Assembly (NCBI GenBank): GCA_964016885.1
Contig: OZ024740.1
Coordinates: 312,294,001-312,358,000 of the forward strand
From: Eledone cirrhosa
Taxonomy: Eukaryota
Direction: 5' to 3'
Length of the DNA: 64,000 bases
The notes under the pieces were generated by a model, which searched no databases, had not been told where the DNA came from, and worked only from the letters and a program-made list of their open reading frames with translations. Shown here piece after piece: positions 1-14,947 of the stretch. Made by a program: the position numbers and the translations under genes. Position 1 is the first letter of the stretch; the number at the start of each line of letters is the position of its first letter.

Positions 1-3000
1 TTTTAGAGTTTAGACCATTTTCCCATAGTTAGAAACATTTCTATAGTTCTTCAATCTATACCGCAGTGATCCTGATGGATTTGCAGTGTTCCTTGTGTTC
101 ATGACCTTAATTTTTTTATGGATCATACTTGAACTAATGTCTAATTGGTGCTTCTATTGGTTCCACTTGAAGTAGGTCTTTTACTGACCTATTTATGTTA
201 CTTGCTCAAACACTTTCATACCTCTTTTTTTCACTTACTATGCCAGTGTTGTTTCAAATACACTTTTCTTTGACATACTGGTTCATACAAACTACTCAGC
301 TAATGATTGTTGGAAATACTTGTGATAAAACACCATCCAGTTAATCATACAGTACAAAATATTAAGTACATGTTTCAATTAATTTTTTAAATTGAGAATT
401 TAGAGAGATTTAGTAGAATAATCAACTTTGTAGTATTAAATTGGAACATCATGTTCATAATTAAGCTTGGAACATAACAAAAGGCTGTCATGTGAAAATA
501 TAGTGGAAGGTTTTAATATGAATATGAATACTTTAAAACTGGAGGTTTTGTATCATACAAATGGAGGCAGGTTGGTACTAAATCAATTAACCAGACTGAT
601 ATTTCTCATGTTAGCTCTGAACAATTAAGGATTGTCAGTTAACATATTCCTTTAGTTGTAATTAAGCAAATCATATGTTCTTGATAAACCTCAAATAAAT
701 ATAACAGTTTTGAAACTTATTTGTTACATCTTAACAAGAAAGCTATGGGATAGGTTGAATGTTCAGATAAAATTACGAAGTATGTTTCAATATGAATGGT
801 TCATTAACCAAATCTATTGAAAATATGTATATTCCCACTTCATTGTTGAGTGGTTGGTGCTAATTAAGAAATATAGTGCAAACTTAACTTCAAAGATATG
901 ACTTCATTCACATCCCACCTACAAAGCAAGCCACGTTAATAATGGGTGAGATATTTACATATCATTAGTTATAGTACTAAAAGTGTACTTGTTGCATTGC
1001 GCTATTACACTACTTATAGGTATAAATGATAGCGTTTAATGTTTAATGAGCTTTAACATTCATTTGGCTTTGAGGCCAAAATGACTCTAGCATTAGCTAT
1101 ATATATATTGGAAAATGTGTGAAATCTTTTGTCACTGACAAATGTGAGAACATTCTCCAGGAGAGTTAACCAGAAATTAAAAAAAAAAACTCCCCATTGA
1201 AGTTATCAAAGAACTTACTAGATCTACAAAACAAAATTGTAAAATTTTATTATTATAAAATTAAATTGTTTCGAACTACAAGTAGTCATTGTTTTCCTTT
1301 TTTAAACACACATGCACACACACATTTAAAAACAGAATGCCAGACTGGAAACATTCTTTAAAATTTTAATTTTGGAAAACACTATACGTATTTCAACGGC
1401 CCGATTTCATTGGTAAACAACACAACATAAATAGTATTTATATATCCTTGATTTTAGAATAGATACACTGTTTCCCTGCATGTCACAGGAGGAACCTAAA
1501 TGGATTAGTGTCAGAAAAGTAAAACGGATATAAAAGCGATATCTCTATAGTTGGGTAAACATTCAAGTGATAGAGAGAACTCAATAGCTGTGGAAAAGTT
1601 CAAGTGATTTAAAGTACTGTATAAAGACCACCACATATATATGTGGGAGGGGGGGGGGGTCGGGTAGTTTCAGATTGGTTGGGTGCCATAGCTGCTCTTA
1701 GTTATCCATAAAAACAATTATTTTAAAATCCTACTTTTTTACTTGTTATCCACACTACATATTCACACATTCTTTCCTCATTGTAGCATAGTTATAAATC
1801 TTTTATGGGTCATAGTTATATACTAGCTTGTACACTTAATTAAGAGATATAATACAGTGCTGGGAGATAGCTGACAACTACAGCATAGGAAAAAGAGCAG
1901 ATTTAGAAACTGACTGAAGAAAGAAGAGCTCCACAGAAAGTATGTTTGTTCCTTATCAGGTGACTCAGCTACTAGCTAGCTACACTTGTGGTCAATACAG
2001 AAGAGTCTGCTACTTTCATATTAACCTTGCAAGTTATATTTGATGGAGACCTGCTATATATTGAAACTTGTATTCATATTGATTTCTTACATTGGCACAA
2101 GGCCACATATTTATCAAGATAGTACATAGCTGATTGAATCAACTCCAGTATATAGAAGTAGAATTTGAACTCAGAACATTAATGAATTCAGTTAGAATTC
2201 AGTATACCATTTGAGACTTTGCTGTTAATATTAATGACAATATGGAAACTATACTTATTTGTGACCTAGAGATAGTCCCACATGATTGAGTGGTGCTATT
2301 TGCTAAGACAATTATACTGGTTTAAAACTAAATATATGGATTTGGAGCAGTCTGAATGGAGAGTTACAAAGTTGGATCAAAAAGAAAGAATCAAGGAGAG
2401 TTGTGATTTTTTTGCATTTCCTGATTGACATTAAAAATCTAAGGAAAGTAGGAAAAGGAAATAGGTGCAATTAACAATAAAAAGAACCTTATTACAGGCT
2501 TGATTCATTGGGAAAATAACAATAATAATAAAACCTGGTGAAAGATTAAGATAGTGTAGGATTAATGATGATAGTAACAGAAGTAGTTTTGTGTTGCCAA
2601 CAACTCTTATACACATGGTACACAAAACATCAATTGTATTGGCAGCAGCTGGCTTCCACTCGTGGGTTTGCTCTTAGAAGAAAGAAGCGTCATAACAATT
2701 TTGCAGTATGGATTTTAAAGAGAAATTTACTTAGAGTTTTTCTAAGTTTTATTATTTGAGATATTTTTCTCCATTGTAGAAGATATATTATTTAAAGTAG
2801 GGCAAAAATGACTGACCCAGACATATATGGAGTTAAATATCATTGTTTTTCATGGTCATTTTCTTCCTGCTGACATTGACTTAGAGATAGGTGTTCAAGC
2901 TGAACATAAACTATATAGATTTGAGAAGTCTTGGGGGTACTGCTAAAGTTTTGGGCACTGTCTCTCCTTGTGACTAAACCATAAACAAATAACATTTTAT

Positions 3001-3799
3001 TTATAATTCTGATACTCATAATTGAGAGTTCAAATTTGCTGGGTTCAACTTTGCCTTTTTTTACCTCATTTTGGGGTCCCCAGAATAGGTACCAGTATTA
3101 TATTGCATTCTTTTTAAATTCATAAGACTAGTACCTCAATACCAAACACTATGAGAAAACAATCTTGCAAAGGTTAGAGGACTGAAAATACTAGTATCAT
3201 AATCTTGACCACCATTATGTTTCTCTGTTAGCAAGGGTTGAATAGGTCTTCATAGACCAAGTCAGTACTTAATCAGAGCCTCCTGACCTCTCAGACTGGC
3301 CAGGGGCTGCATCTCACTTACACAAATTCCCTCACTCTATAGAGCATAATAGGTGCAATTTATTTTGGCACCAGTACTAGGGAGTTTGTCATGTCTTTGA
3401 CACGACTGAAGGGTCCTCTGAACCATTTTTTGCATGGTTTTTATGGCTACAAACCTATCCCAACACTTTACAGAGTGTACTTGGTGCATTTGATTGTGGC
3501 ACCAGCACTAAGTTGCCCACAGACTCACTGAAGAGTTCTCCTTGCCTTATGGGGGTAAGATGTCATGAATAAGTGACATAGTTGGTGTGCTGTAGTGGAG
3601 TTCAAAGGGAGTAATGTGGGAGAGAGGAAGGATGAGAAAGTATGTCATGGGTGTACTGTGATGATTAGAACAGCTATGATTGGTGTGTTAGGATTTAAAA
3701 AGTTGGGGATACTAAGTTGGGACTCAAGATCAATGGTGAAGATGGGACATCGGTAGGTTAGGTTACATTCTTATGCTGGTAGGCATAAGTCTTCTCCAG

Positions 3800-4130
3800 T
3801 AGTGTATGTCACCAGTCCTCATGCTCCTTTGTCATCTCTGTCACGAGATTCAACTTCCCAAGGTCGGTTATCAGCATTTCATTCTTTGTCTTCCTAGTTT
3901 ACCTCTGCCACAGGTCCATCCACAGATTTTTCTGTACTTTATACAGCTGTCATCATCCATATACATATTGCATGCCCATGTGATGGTATGGACGTATGAT
4001 GTTTATGTGTAGTCAATTTTTGATGAGTCAATTGATTGTGTTCTTCTAGGATGTCTAGTGTTAGTTTACTACTAATCTGAAAAATTTGTAGCCACTGTCT
4101 AGTTTGACTCTCAATAAATGGTATGAGCAT
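3800..4130 (-). mobile_element. Degenerate RTE LINE 3' fragment
   Basis: Minus strand gives MDDDSCIK..TCGRGK..R, similar to the RTE C-terminus at 19403-19890. Confidence 0.6.
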
Positions 4131-4862
4131 AGCTTAGAAAGAGTATCCCCAAAAAGTTTCTGAAATATAATTATTGACTAAATAGTATTTTATCGTCCCC
4201 AGAAGGATGGAAACAGTTGACCATAGTAGTATTAGAACCTGGGATGTAACTAAATTCCACAAGGCATTTTGTCTACTGATTTTGCCATCCACCAGTCTTC
4301 AAAAAGGTTTCTTTTATCAAGATCACAATAGCGATAATAATTATTTCCTAGTATGGACAAAAGGTCATGTAATTTGGAGGGAAGGTTTAGTTGATTATAT
4401 CGATTCTATTACTGAGAATATAAAGAGAGAACTAAATGCAACAAGTCATTTTTACTACTCTAGTTCTCTCAATCCACTGCCCTTATAATAATGAACAACA
4501 ACAACAAAGAATAATTTTCTGTAGACTTCCATGCATATGGGTAGGTGTTAAATTGTAGAATTTAAAGACTTAACATTAGCTATTCAAATGGGTTGTCTCT
4601 TTAGAAAAAAAATAGTTTATAAAATAATCTTTATCAATGGTGATAGAAATAGTTGTGCATGAATGCTGTAAAAACGTCATTTAATTTTTTTGCTTTTCTT
4701 CTTGTGAAGCACTTTCTCTATTGTGCTCTATTTATTGATTATTATTTTAAATAGCTGCTGCTGCTGCTACTACTACTAGTGGTGGTGGTGGTGGTGGTAG
4801 CAGCAGCATTTTGTTTGAAATTGTTAGATAAAATTACCAATATCTAAAACCCTTTTTATTTG

Positions 4863-4925
4863 GTACTGTTTATCTTTTTATTTGCTACTGTTGTCTATCT
4901 TTTTATTTGCTACTGTTGTCTATCA
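4863..4925. repeat. ~25-bp tandem repeat x2.5
   Basis: tactgttgtctatctttttatttgc repeated. Confidence 0.8.
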
Positions 4926-5469
4926 TTTTCTCAGATTACTGCTTCTGAAACTATCATGACTCATCTACAGTACTACACAACCTGGCAGATGAATCATTTG
5001 TTTGCTTTACAAACACTAGTATTACAAACATTAGCTTTTCATTGCTGTTATTGAGTTGATAATCCTGTTGCATTTTAATATATAGATTTATTTTCTACTT
5101 GTTTACTTCTTTTATTATTTCAACATAGAACCTGGTGGGTTTTTTTTAAGAACTTGATAATTTTATTACATTAGGTTCATAGTTAAATGATATTATATTT
5201 CTTTATTGTTGTCATTATTGTTAAAAGGGCAGAGAGTGGTAGAATTTGTTAAGATTCAGACAAAATGCCTTCAGTATTTAGTTAGGGTTTGAGTTCATAT
5301 CCTGCCATGGTTGATTTTGTTTTTCATCTTTCTAGAGTTGATAAAATACAGCAAGTGTTTTAAGGCCATCTTATCTGCTGAAGCAGGGGTTGGTTATCCT
5401 TGGGGACCCCCATTACTTGTGGTTTTTTTTGTATTTTCGTATTGTCTGCATCATTCTTCACCAATGCCC

Positions 5470-5760
5470 TGGCCTTAATTTCCTCCTCTTCCTCTAATTT
5501 GTTTCTATCATGCCTCTCACTTTCATCCCTCCTCAACACATGACCCAATCATCTCATTCATTTCTTTTCACAACATTCATCATTAGTTTTATTCCTATCA
5601 TCCTCTAATTCATTGTTTGTCTTCCTCTCTCTTGACGATACTCCACTCATCCTCCAAATCATTCTCATTTCCATCTTTCCAACCTTCACTGTTTCTCCAC
5701 ATTCATTATCTATGACTTGCTCCCATATAATTGGACTATACCCTCCCTCAAATACATATC
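5470..5760 (-). mobile_element. Degenerate RTE LINE fragment
   Basis: LGHVLRRDES motif, resembling the RTE W.GHV.R motif. Confidence 0.55.
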
Positions 5761-6734
5761 TTTGTGCCTATTAGAATTGCAACTCTGAAATTTGGGTCGT
5801 TGGCTTTGTTTGTACTACATTTTTACTCTAGATAGTCCTTTAACTGTTTTTCTACTTCATAAGTTAAAACATTTCTCTTTGATGTAATAGAGACATTACA
5901 TTTCTATATTTGTATTGAAATGATTTTATGTTCAGCTAATGATTATGATGTTTCAATGTAAATATACTTTTATCAGGTACTTGGCTGTCATAAGCTTTAG
6001 GAATATTTTTCTTATATATATCTATTAAAGTATATTCACAGTATACTTTAGTGGGTGGATATATATTATGATAACTGAATTCAGCATTATTTGGTCATAT
6101 TCTTCTTGGAATTTTATAGCATTCCTCATACTCTATGTTGATATTTTGGCTATGATATTGCTTTAATATAAGAACCTCTATATTTTTCCGTTAAGTTCGA
6201 CACCAGCTATTACCAAACTTATAAACATCACTTCCAAACTCTCAAATTTAGCAAATGCTGCACAGACACACAGATTAATATTTAATCTTTTAGATAAGTG
6301 CAAACAATATTAGAAGTTGGCACTTAATGTGTTAATGATTATGATTTTATCCAGACAGCCATTAGTAATTGTTGGATTTTCGATAAATTGATTTACCAAG
6401 AGCCGTAAGACTTTAGGTAATTGTTATAGTCTTTTGCAAGAAAGTTAATAGATATCGCCATGTCATTATCATAAAATATTATAAATCTCTGGCAGTAGAG
6501 ATTTTTTTACGTATAAAAACAATCAGGTACACCTTGGAAAACAGGATAAAAAATATTACACATGTTCATGGTTAAATGTTTTTTGAAAATACAATTACAG
6601 ACCTTAGTATTGCTAGTTTGTGGAATCTGGCTGTACCTAGTATCATAGGTAATTTGTTAATATCTTTATATACGTGATTGTGTATTATTACACCTGTATC
6701 AATTACAATTGAGATAGTGGACTAATTTCTTCAC

Positions 6735-9180
6735 CTGATCATGCTATGATCATTGCCAATCTGGCACTTGAGGGCAGCAACAAAAACCAGAGCCATCTCC
6801 AATCTGCTTGCTTTGATTGGAAGAGGGCGGATTGGAACTTGTACTGCACTGAGCTACAGCGCCCAAACTGGCATGAGATGTATAACTCTGGAGATGTGAA
6901 CACTATACTCCAGAGCATCCTGGACTCAATATGGATAGCGTATGCAGCATCGGTGCTACGTAAGCGGAAAAATAACCACCCCATAAGTGCAATTTGGGAA
7001 ACTTCAGCGGTCCGACTTGCCAGGAAAGAACGTCGGAATGCTGAACGGGAATATAAACTGCATAAATCAGATGCCAACAGAAAAAAGCAGAATAAATCTT
7101 CTAACCATCTCAAGCAAGTGACAAAGAAGGCAGTGCTTGAATTTGAACAGTGCATAGCAACCAGTCCTGACAGTAAGGTGTTCTGGAAATATGTTCATTC
7201 AAAGCAGAGACCTCACTCTCCAGTTGGTCCTCTTCACAATCCCCACACGAGCCAGATCACTGACGATCCCAAAGAATGCGCAGAACTCATTGCTGAGTGC
7301 TATGCAAGTATTTTTACTGTTGAAAACCAGAATGTACCATCTCCACCATCTCTAACATCAAATTCCATAACAACTATGGAATTTACACCTGCAATGTTGC
7401 GACGTCACCTTAAGAATAAGCGCAACTATGCCTCCCCTGGTCTTGATGGTGTTACATACCTGCTTCTCAAACGTGGCGGGTATTTCCTTTTGCGCCAGCT
7501 TTCTTTCTTCTTTCAATACTGTCTCAACAATGGTGCTACTCCGGAGCAGTGGAAAACTGCCAGTGTCATTCCCCTGTTCAAAAAGGGCAACCGCATGTCA
7601 CCTGTCAACTATCGTCCAGTCAGTCTTACTAGCTGTATGGCCAAACTGATGGAATCTTGTGTCAGAGAAACACTTTGGAACTTCTGGAGCTCTCACAGCC
7701 TCATCCGGCCCTCACAGTTTGGATTTATCCCTAACTCCAGCTGCTGTGATCAGCTTATCGAGTTCCTTGAAGACATCACCCGGATCACTGACAGCGGCTC
7801 ATGGGTGGATGTTGTTTACCTTGACTTTGCTAAGGCTTTTAATTCTGTGCCACACAAAAGACTTATGGCAAAACTCTCTGCAATGGGCGTGAGGGATGAT
7901 CTTTTCGACTGGTTGAAATCCTTCATTCTCAGCCGAAAAGAAGTAGTCACGGTTCTAAGACAGCATTCTTCACCATATGAGATGTCATCTGGTGTACCAC
8001 AGGGATCTGTTCTTGGTCCCCTTTTGTTTGTGGCATATATTAATGACATAGATGCCAACTTGAAGAATGCCACGGTACTGAAATATGCAGATGACATCAA
8101 GCTGTACCTTGAAATCAAAAGGACTGATCCTGAAATTTACAACTCTTTCCTACAATCAGACCTGGACACAATGCAGCAATGGATCACAGACTGGCAACTG
8201 AAGCTGGCTGTGGACAAGTGTACCACCATGCATTTGGAAGGAAAAATCCAGCGTCCACATACTCCTTCCACAACAGAAGTCCTCTTGTGAACGTGACCTG
8301 GGCATTACTGTCAGCAGCGATTTGCGTTGGACAAAGCATGTCTCTAAGATTGTCAAGAATGCCGAGGGCGTCTTGGCATCACTCAGCAAGACCCTTGTTA
8401 GCCGCTCTCCAGCCATCTATTTAAAACTGTATACAACTATGGTATGACCACACTTGGAATTCGCATCATCAGTCTGGAACCCCTATCTTGCTCAGAACAT
8501 TGACCTCCTGGAAACTGTTCAGAGACGTGCAACCAAGCGCATACCCTCCATCAGACACCTACCATACTCTGAATGCCTTGCTTCCCTGGGCATGGATTCA
8601 TTGAAGCTCCGACGTCTGGCAATGGACTTGGTGAATACCCACAAAGTTATTAACCATCTCGCCAATTGCAACCCTGAGCACCTTTTTGATCTCCATGTGT
8701 CTAACACATGTGGACATGCCTACAAAATCAGAAAACAGCACAGCTCCCATGACTTTCGTAGACATTTTTTCACGCTCAGAGTTGCTGAAGCATGGAACAA
8801 ACTGCCTGCGTCAGTTGTTAGCTGCCGAGACACTGCATCCTTTAAGACACTCATGCTTCCCGAAATACGCCAAAACTACACCTGATGTACCCCTTCCATA
8901 CGCATGCACACGTGTGTATCATGACTCGTGCACTGTTCATTTTACTGATGTTTGTGCATTGCCCTATGTACTGTACATGCACTTTTTGATGAGTTGTGGT
9001 GCACCTGGGCACTGTACACAATATTTCATTATTATTATTATTATATCATGACTCATACACTGTTCATTTTCCTGACATTTGTACATTATTCTATGTACTA
9101 TACATGCACCTTTGATGAGTTGTAGTGCACCTGAGCACTGTACACAATAATTTCATTATTATTATTATTATTATCATTAT
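6735..9180 (+). mobile_element. 5'-truncated CR1/L2-like LINE (ORF2 RT, disrupted) with duplicated 3' tail
   Basis: ORF 6746-8290 has YRPVSLTS, YLDFAKAF, GVPQGSVLGPLLF and KYADD. It starts at the DH end of the endonuclease, with frameshifts near 8240-8285 and TGA at 8445-8447 (V*PHLE). The C-terminus has VWNPY..VQRRATK. The 3'UTR ends in (ATT)n, present twice. Confidence 0.93.
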
Positions 9181-12051
9181 AGTGTTAATTCAATCGTTAA
9201 GACTGTAACCTCTTAGCTTTTCAGCTTGTACTCCCCATACAACCTAGTCATTTGATGTTGCTATGTCAATTAACATATTGTCGTTTTTGTTGTGTAAAAA
9301 TGATATCAGACTTAAGGGCTATGTGGTAGTTCAATCAACTTTTACTAAATGTATTGTCAGCATATTAGAAGTTGAGATTTATTGTTTTTTTCAAAAAGAG
9401 TTGCTTCTATATTAAAAAAATTGGACAACTCTTTTACAGAAACAGTATTTGTGATTGACTTATATTTAATTCTGTGCATGGTTGATTGCATTCATTTTAG
9501 TTCTGTATGATAGATTTGGCAGTATTGTATATATTTTTCCTTCTGTGTTAAAACTCAGAAAGTAAATTATTGGATATAAAGGAATTCAAAATAAAAAAAT
9601 ATTAGTTATCTGTCTAAATCACAGTTTGAATTGGATTGGGTAGGTAGGTTCCTGCAGTCACTAACATATCTAGTTCTTTTCATAAGCAGCATCTTTGTTC
9701 AGTGGCATATTTTCCAAGTTCTGTAATTCATTCTTCCACTTAATAAATAAATGAAAACCAACTACTGAAAAAAAAAAAATGGAGAATATGGGAGTGGTGC
9801 TTGTTTGCAATTCTAACGAACAGTTATAATATAGTGTATTTGAGGTAGAAGGCTCCTCCCAAATTAGAAGAGTGAAGGAAATGAATGAGACTTCATATTT
9901 TATTTTTAGCTTTGTTGCAATGCTGAATGCTGTGTCATGCTTGAGGAACATTATAGTAAAGAGGGTATAGTTTTAATGGTGATTAATAGGTCATTAATAA
10001 AGAGGAGCAACAACTATAAGGAATTCAGGTTAGTGTTCTGAGTTTGATTCCTGTGTTTTACATCTGAATTCAAACCAACAAAGGAGCTTCTATGTGCTAG
10101 AAATAACAACCAAATTGTCCTTATATCACACCCAACTGTCTAACAAAAATAAATACTATATGATGTAGTTGTTCATACACTTTCTAGAAGAGTGGGATGA
10201 TAAACAACAGTATTGGAGTTATTATGCAAAATCCTAACAGGGAACTTGTTTATTTCTAAGATGTTGCTGTACATTATAAAGAGAGTGACGGTGAAAGTAG
10301 TAAAAGAAGATAGACAGTAATTAAAGGCTAGTTGGTTTTTGGTAAGGAGATTGAATTTTAAAAAAATGTCTGGGTGGTGTAATATGAGAAGGGATGGTAA
10401 TGGAAGAAAAAGTAATAAAGGTGAGAGGGATAAAGAGTGAAAGAATGATTAATAGTAATAAAGATGGGTGATAGTGTTAGATGTCAATAATGAGTGATAA
10501 GGGAAGGAGTACTAGAAGAGAGTATTGGCTAGAAATAAAGAATTGTGGTTAATACAGACAAATCTGATGTGATGGAGATGTAGTGATAAATATTGATGGT
10601 ACAGTGATAGATAGATGAGAGGTTAAAGAATAGATGGGGAAGGAAGTAGATGGAGACATCTCAACTACCATCACCATTGGAACTTTGGGGTTACTTACAC
10701 CACATTCTTGATGTTTTGATAATTAAGCCAAAACATTCCAACTTCTGGTCTACATGATTTAGCTGACCTCATATACCACCTTTGCTCAAGTCATCTGACA
10801 CATGTTTTCCTTCCTATTTTAACCTGTATTGTGATCCCTCTCCAGGATGTCAGCCCTTAGGGATCCTTCCCTTGTCCATGCTTTTCTTCACACTGCTGTG
10901 TTAATGTGAGATTAACACATCAGCTATGTTGATCTCACATTGAGATTCTAACAAAGATTTAAAGAGGAATTTTGGAATATATGGCTCAAAATCAGAATTT
11001 CCAATCTTACCATTTATCATATCTACATTTTTGTGGGATTGCATAAGAAGTCTATTTAAAAACCATTGCTCATTTTATCTTCATCATCCAGTTGTCAATG
11101 GTTTCCATCTTATAACTATTCTTTAGATCACTACTTTAGCAACAGTTCTAAATCTTGTTCTTGTGGAATTTATTAAATTGAGAGAGAGATGATTAGAAAA
11201 TGAACTTATTTCAGTGATATTGCATTAGCAGAAATTCTAAGTATGTTGTCTAAGTATTTCCAATTCAGAGCAGTTGGATAATAGACTTTTTACAGTTAGA
11301 ATAATTTTGAATTGTAATCATTATGGATTTTTATTTTGTTCACTGTTGGTGTAAATATTCATTTTCTAAAACCATTTGCTCATAAGAGAATATAATGCAT
11401 GCATTGCATAAGACACAGTCTACTTTTATTACATTCAGCTAAATATAGGTATTATTTCCCCTCAGTGCCAAGAGAGTTGGTTGACATTTAATATGGTCCT
11501 TTATCACTGAAGAGCTACATTGGAAAGTCATGCAAATATCTAAATTTACAGGCTCCTTCAACATATATCAATATATAAAAAAATAAGGAATTTTATAAAT
11601 AAAATAAACGGAAGACATTAACTGTATAACCTGTAAGATATCTAAGGCTTTAATATTTGACCTATTTTCTTAAGAAAAAATATGTTTTAATCACAAGAGT
11701 AGATCATAATATGCTTAATTAGATAAATTAACTGAATAAACTCTCACCCTCCACTCTGATATGGAAAATTAAAGCTAGAAATGTGTTAAAGGTTTATTAG
11801 ATGTAGGTTTGGTGGTATGCTGAAATTGTAGCTCTGTTTTGACATTTAGCCAGATAATTTAGTTACTGTTTGCTCTTCAGTATCTATGCATCAAATATTT
11901 TTAGCTTTTATTGCAGTGAAGTTGGAATGGTTAAGTTATTAGAGAATTGCTTGGTTTTAGATGTTTTTTTTTTAATATATTGTTATGTTGAAAATCTTAT
12001 TTGGTGTAAATGAGAAATTATATTCACTTGAAAATATTTTCATTTATTTAA

Positions 12052-12243
<192 letters not shown>

Positions 12244-13748
12244 TAAATTATTAGTTCTGAAATTAGATATGAATGAAGAAAAGACAAGACATAACTTTTA
12301 TAATACTCTATCTGGTCACTTTTAAAACCAAGTACTGAAGAAAACAGTACTTTGTGAAAATACTACATACTGTAGAAGATAATGGAAAACATAAAGCTAA
12401 AATATACTGGATACCTTTACAATATAACTTCTCCAGTTTTCCAGCATACACTTTAAAAAACCTATTTAAAGACTGAATATAAATATATATACATATGAAC
12501 AAACTTATACTGAACAGATTTATGTTAACACACTTGGAAGAGAAAAAATGCATACCATCAAACAGTTACTTATGGTTAGAGTGTATTTCATGTAAACTTG
12601 AGAATAATGATAGGGAGTGTATCCTCAATTGAACTTATTTCATGAAGGTATAGCCATCATATACAGCATAATATTCAGGTTAAAATAATATATAATGTTA
12701 ATGTAGATGAATTGGTGGATTTATTCGAATGTTGGTTTAAATGCCTTGTATTTGTTCTGCCTCTCTGCCCACTGAATTCAAATTCTACCTTGGTCATCTT
12801 TGTCTTTCATCATCTCCGGTTTGATAAAGTACCAGTCTAGAATGGTGGATTGTGGGGATGCTAAAGCTTCTGACCAGATACATTGTTGTGTCTGTTCTGC
12901 CTCCGTGTGTTCAGAATTCAAATCCTACCTCTTGACCCTACTATAAAAGATTATCCATTAAGGTTATTAATATTATCAATAATCTCTTAGAATAAAATGG
13001 AAATCATATGATATAAAAGTATGTTAACATTAATTGTGAAAATCTTAAATGAATATAATCTTCTTTTCTTTTGTTTTTACAGTTCAGTTAATAAATAGTT
13101 TTGAACATGGCTTTATAAGAACTTAGCTTAACAAGTTTGTAGATAGATTTTACCATAAATAAAAGAAATTCAGAGATTTAGAAATTCTTTTAAATTTGAG
13201 ATAGTTTTATGCTCCTCAATCAAATATACATCGCTGTGTGGTTAAGAAGATAATGCTTTTAGTGTAGCAGGTGTCTAAGGTTTAAGTGGAAATGTAAACC
13301 TAAGTCACCATACTATTTTTGTTGGCAGCAAATAATATTGCTCTCTGTTTAAAAGACAAACTATAATGATGATGGTATATATAATGTCTTTAAGAAGTGT
13401 GAGTTTATATAGCAGTGGAATATGGGTCGATTGCAGAGAATCTGCAGCAATCGAGAAACTGGTAGATGTATCATGTTAATTTACAGGGAATATTAATTCA
13501 AGTGAGCAAAACGTGTCAGCTGATCTTCAAAAGCTAATGTATACATAGATTACATGACTGGTGTGGACACGATGAATGTGAATGTTGTCTGAATGAAAGA
13601 AGACTATGGTAGTAGACCAATGGAGATTTGGGAAAAGTAGTTAGGTCAGGCTTAAAAAACAAGGTTTTTCATATAAAATGTCACAAGACACATAGAAAGA
13701 GACTGTTTTACCCAATACATGCTAGCTATCATGAGAAAATAGATGTTA

Positions 13749-13778
<30 letters not shown>
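13749..13778. repeat. (TG)n microsatellite
   Basis: Directly visible. Confidence 0.95.
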
Positions 13779-13781
<3 letters not shown>

Positions 13782-14107
13782 ACAGAATATTTCCTGATAT
13801 TTTTGATAACTATCTTAGAAATTATTAGTCACACATGCCTTATTTAGTTGAAAAATATTTGCCCCTCTCATCTAAAGATTGTCTTAACTGGATATTCTTA
13901 CTATTAAGAACCTAATCCTAATATTTCAAGTAAATATTTAATTACAAAGATCTACCTAACTCAGATGGGAAAAATATGTAAAAGAGAGCTTGAAAAAGTG
14001 TTTTATTTGTTTAAACAAAATTTGTTATCCTTTATTTAATTTTTTTTTTTTTTAAAAATCAATTCATTATGTTCTTTTTTTTTTCTTTTTTTTTTTCAAA
14101 TTTCTAG

Positions 14108-14212
14108 GGTGTCCTGGGCAAACCCTCAATGCACGGTATCATTCCCCGTATTGTGCAAGATATCTTCAATTACATTTATGGAATGGATGAAAACTTGGAA
14201 TTCCATATCAAG
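14108..14212 (+). CDS. Khc: Kinesin-1 heavy chain exon
   Basis: tag|..|gtatgt; [35 protein letters not shown]. Confidence 0.97.
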
Positions 14213-14859
14213 GTATGTTTTAATTATCTATCACTAACCAAATTCTCTTGCCCTATGAAAGTGCATACTCAAAATAGTCCTACATTCAAGATATATTTTC
14301 TGTTGTATCTGAAGAGTGTAGACATACAAAGAATGCTTCTCTAATGCAAGAAACAACCTGACAAGAGTCACTATTATTCAAGTTGATTAAAATATTATAG
14401 AAATTTAAGAGTTTATATTTTCCTATAGTTTATGCTGAGTTAATTGATAAGTATGTAGAATTAACTAACTTGATGTTGCTAGCTTTATATTTTAGAAACT
14501 GTACAAAATATTAATTATTCTAAAATTATTAACATTAAATTTATTGCTAAGGTAAGATTCTATTTTCTTGGCACCTTTAATTTTCTAATGTATTGTATGG
14601 TTTTCAAAATTATTTAAATTTATATTTCCTATTCAACAATGTTTCAAGTGAACTACAACACTGTTATTAATATTATTTTTCAATTACCTGTATACAGTCT
14701 CATCTATTTTTATCTGTTAAAACTATTTTTTAAAACGCAAATTAAAATAATGTCTTCCTTTTTACAAATAAAATTTACATTATTTGAATAATACAGTTTA
14801 TATCTTACAAAATCATGTTTTCTGAAGGTTCATGTTTACTCTTTTATTACTATTTATAG

Positions 14860-14908
14860 ATTTCATATTATGAAATTTATTTGGATAAAATCAGAGATCT
14901 GTTAGATG
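14860..14908 (+). CDS. Khc: Kinesin-1 heavy chain exon
   Basis: tag|..|gtaagc; ISYYEIYLDKIRDLLD. Confidence 0.96.
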
Positions 14909-14947
14909 GTAAGCATAAAACAATTTTTATTATTATTATTGTTGTTG

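Noticed and set aside
6739-8707. Antisense and alternative-frame ORFs over the LINE
   Set aside because: These are shadows of the RT ORF.
8918-9180. Repeat-spacer look of the duplicated tails and SINE dimers (CRISPR-like?)
   Set aside because: The context is eukaryotic, there are only two diverged units, and there are no unique spacers or cas genes.
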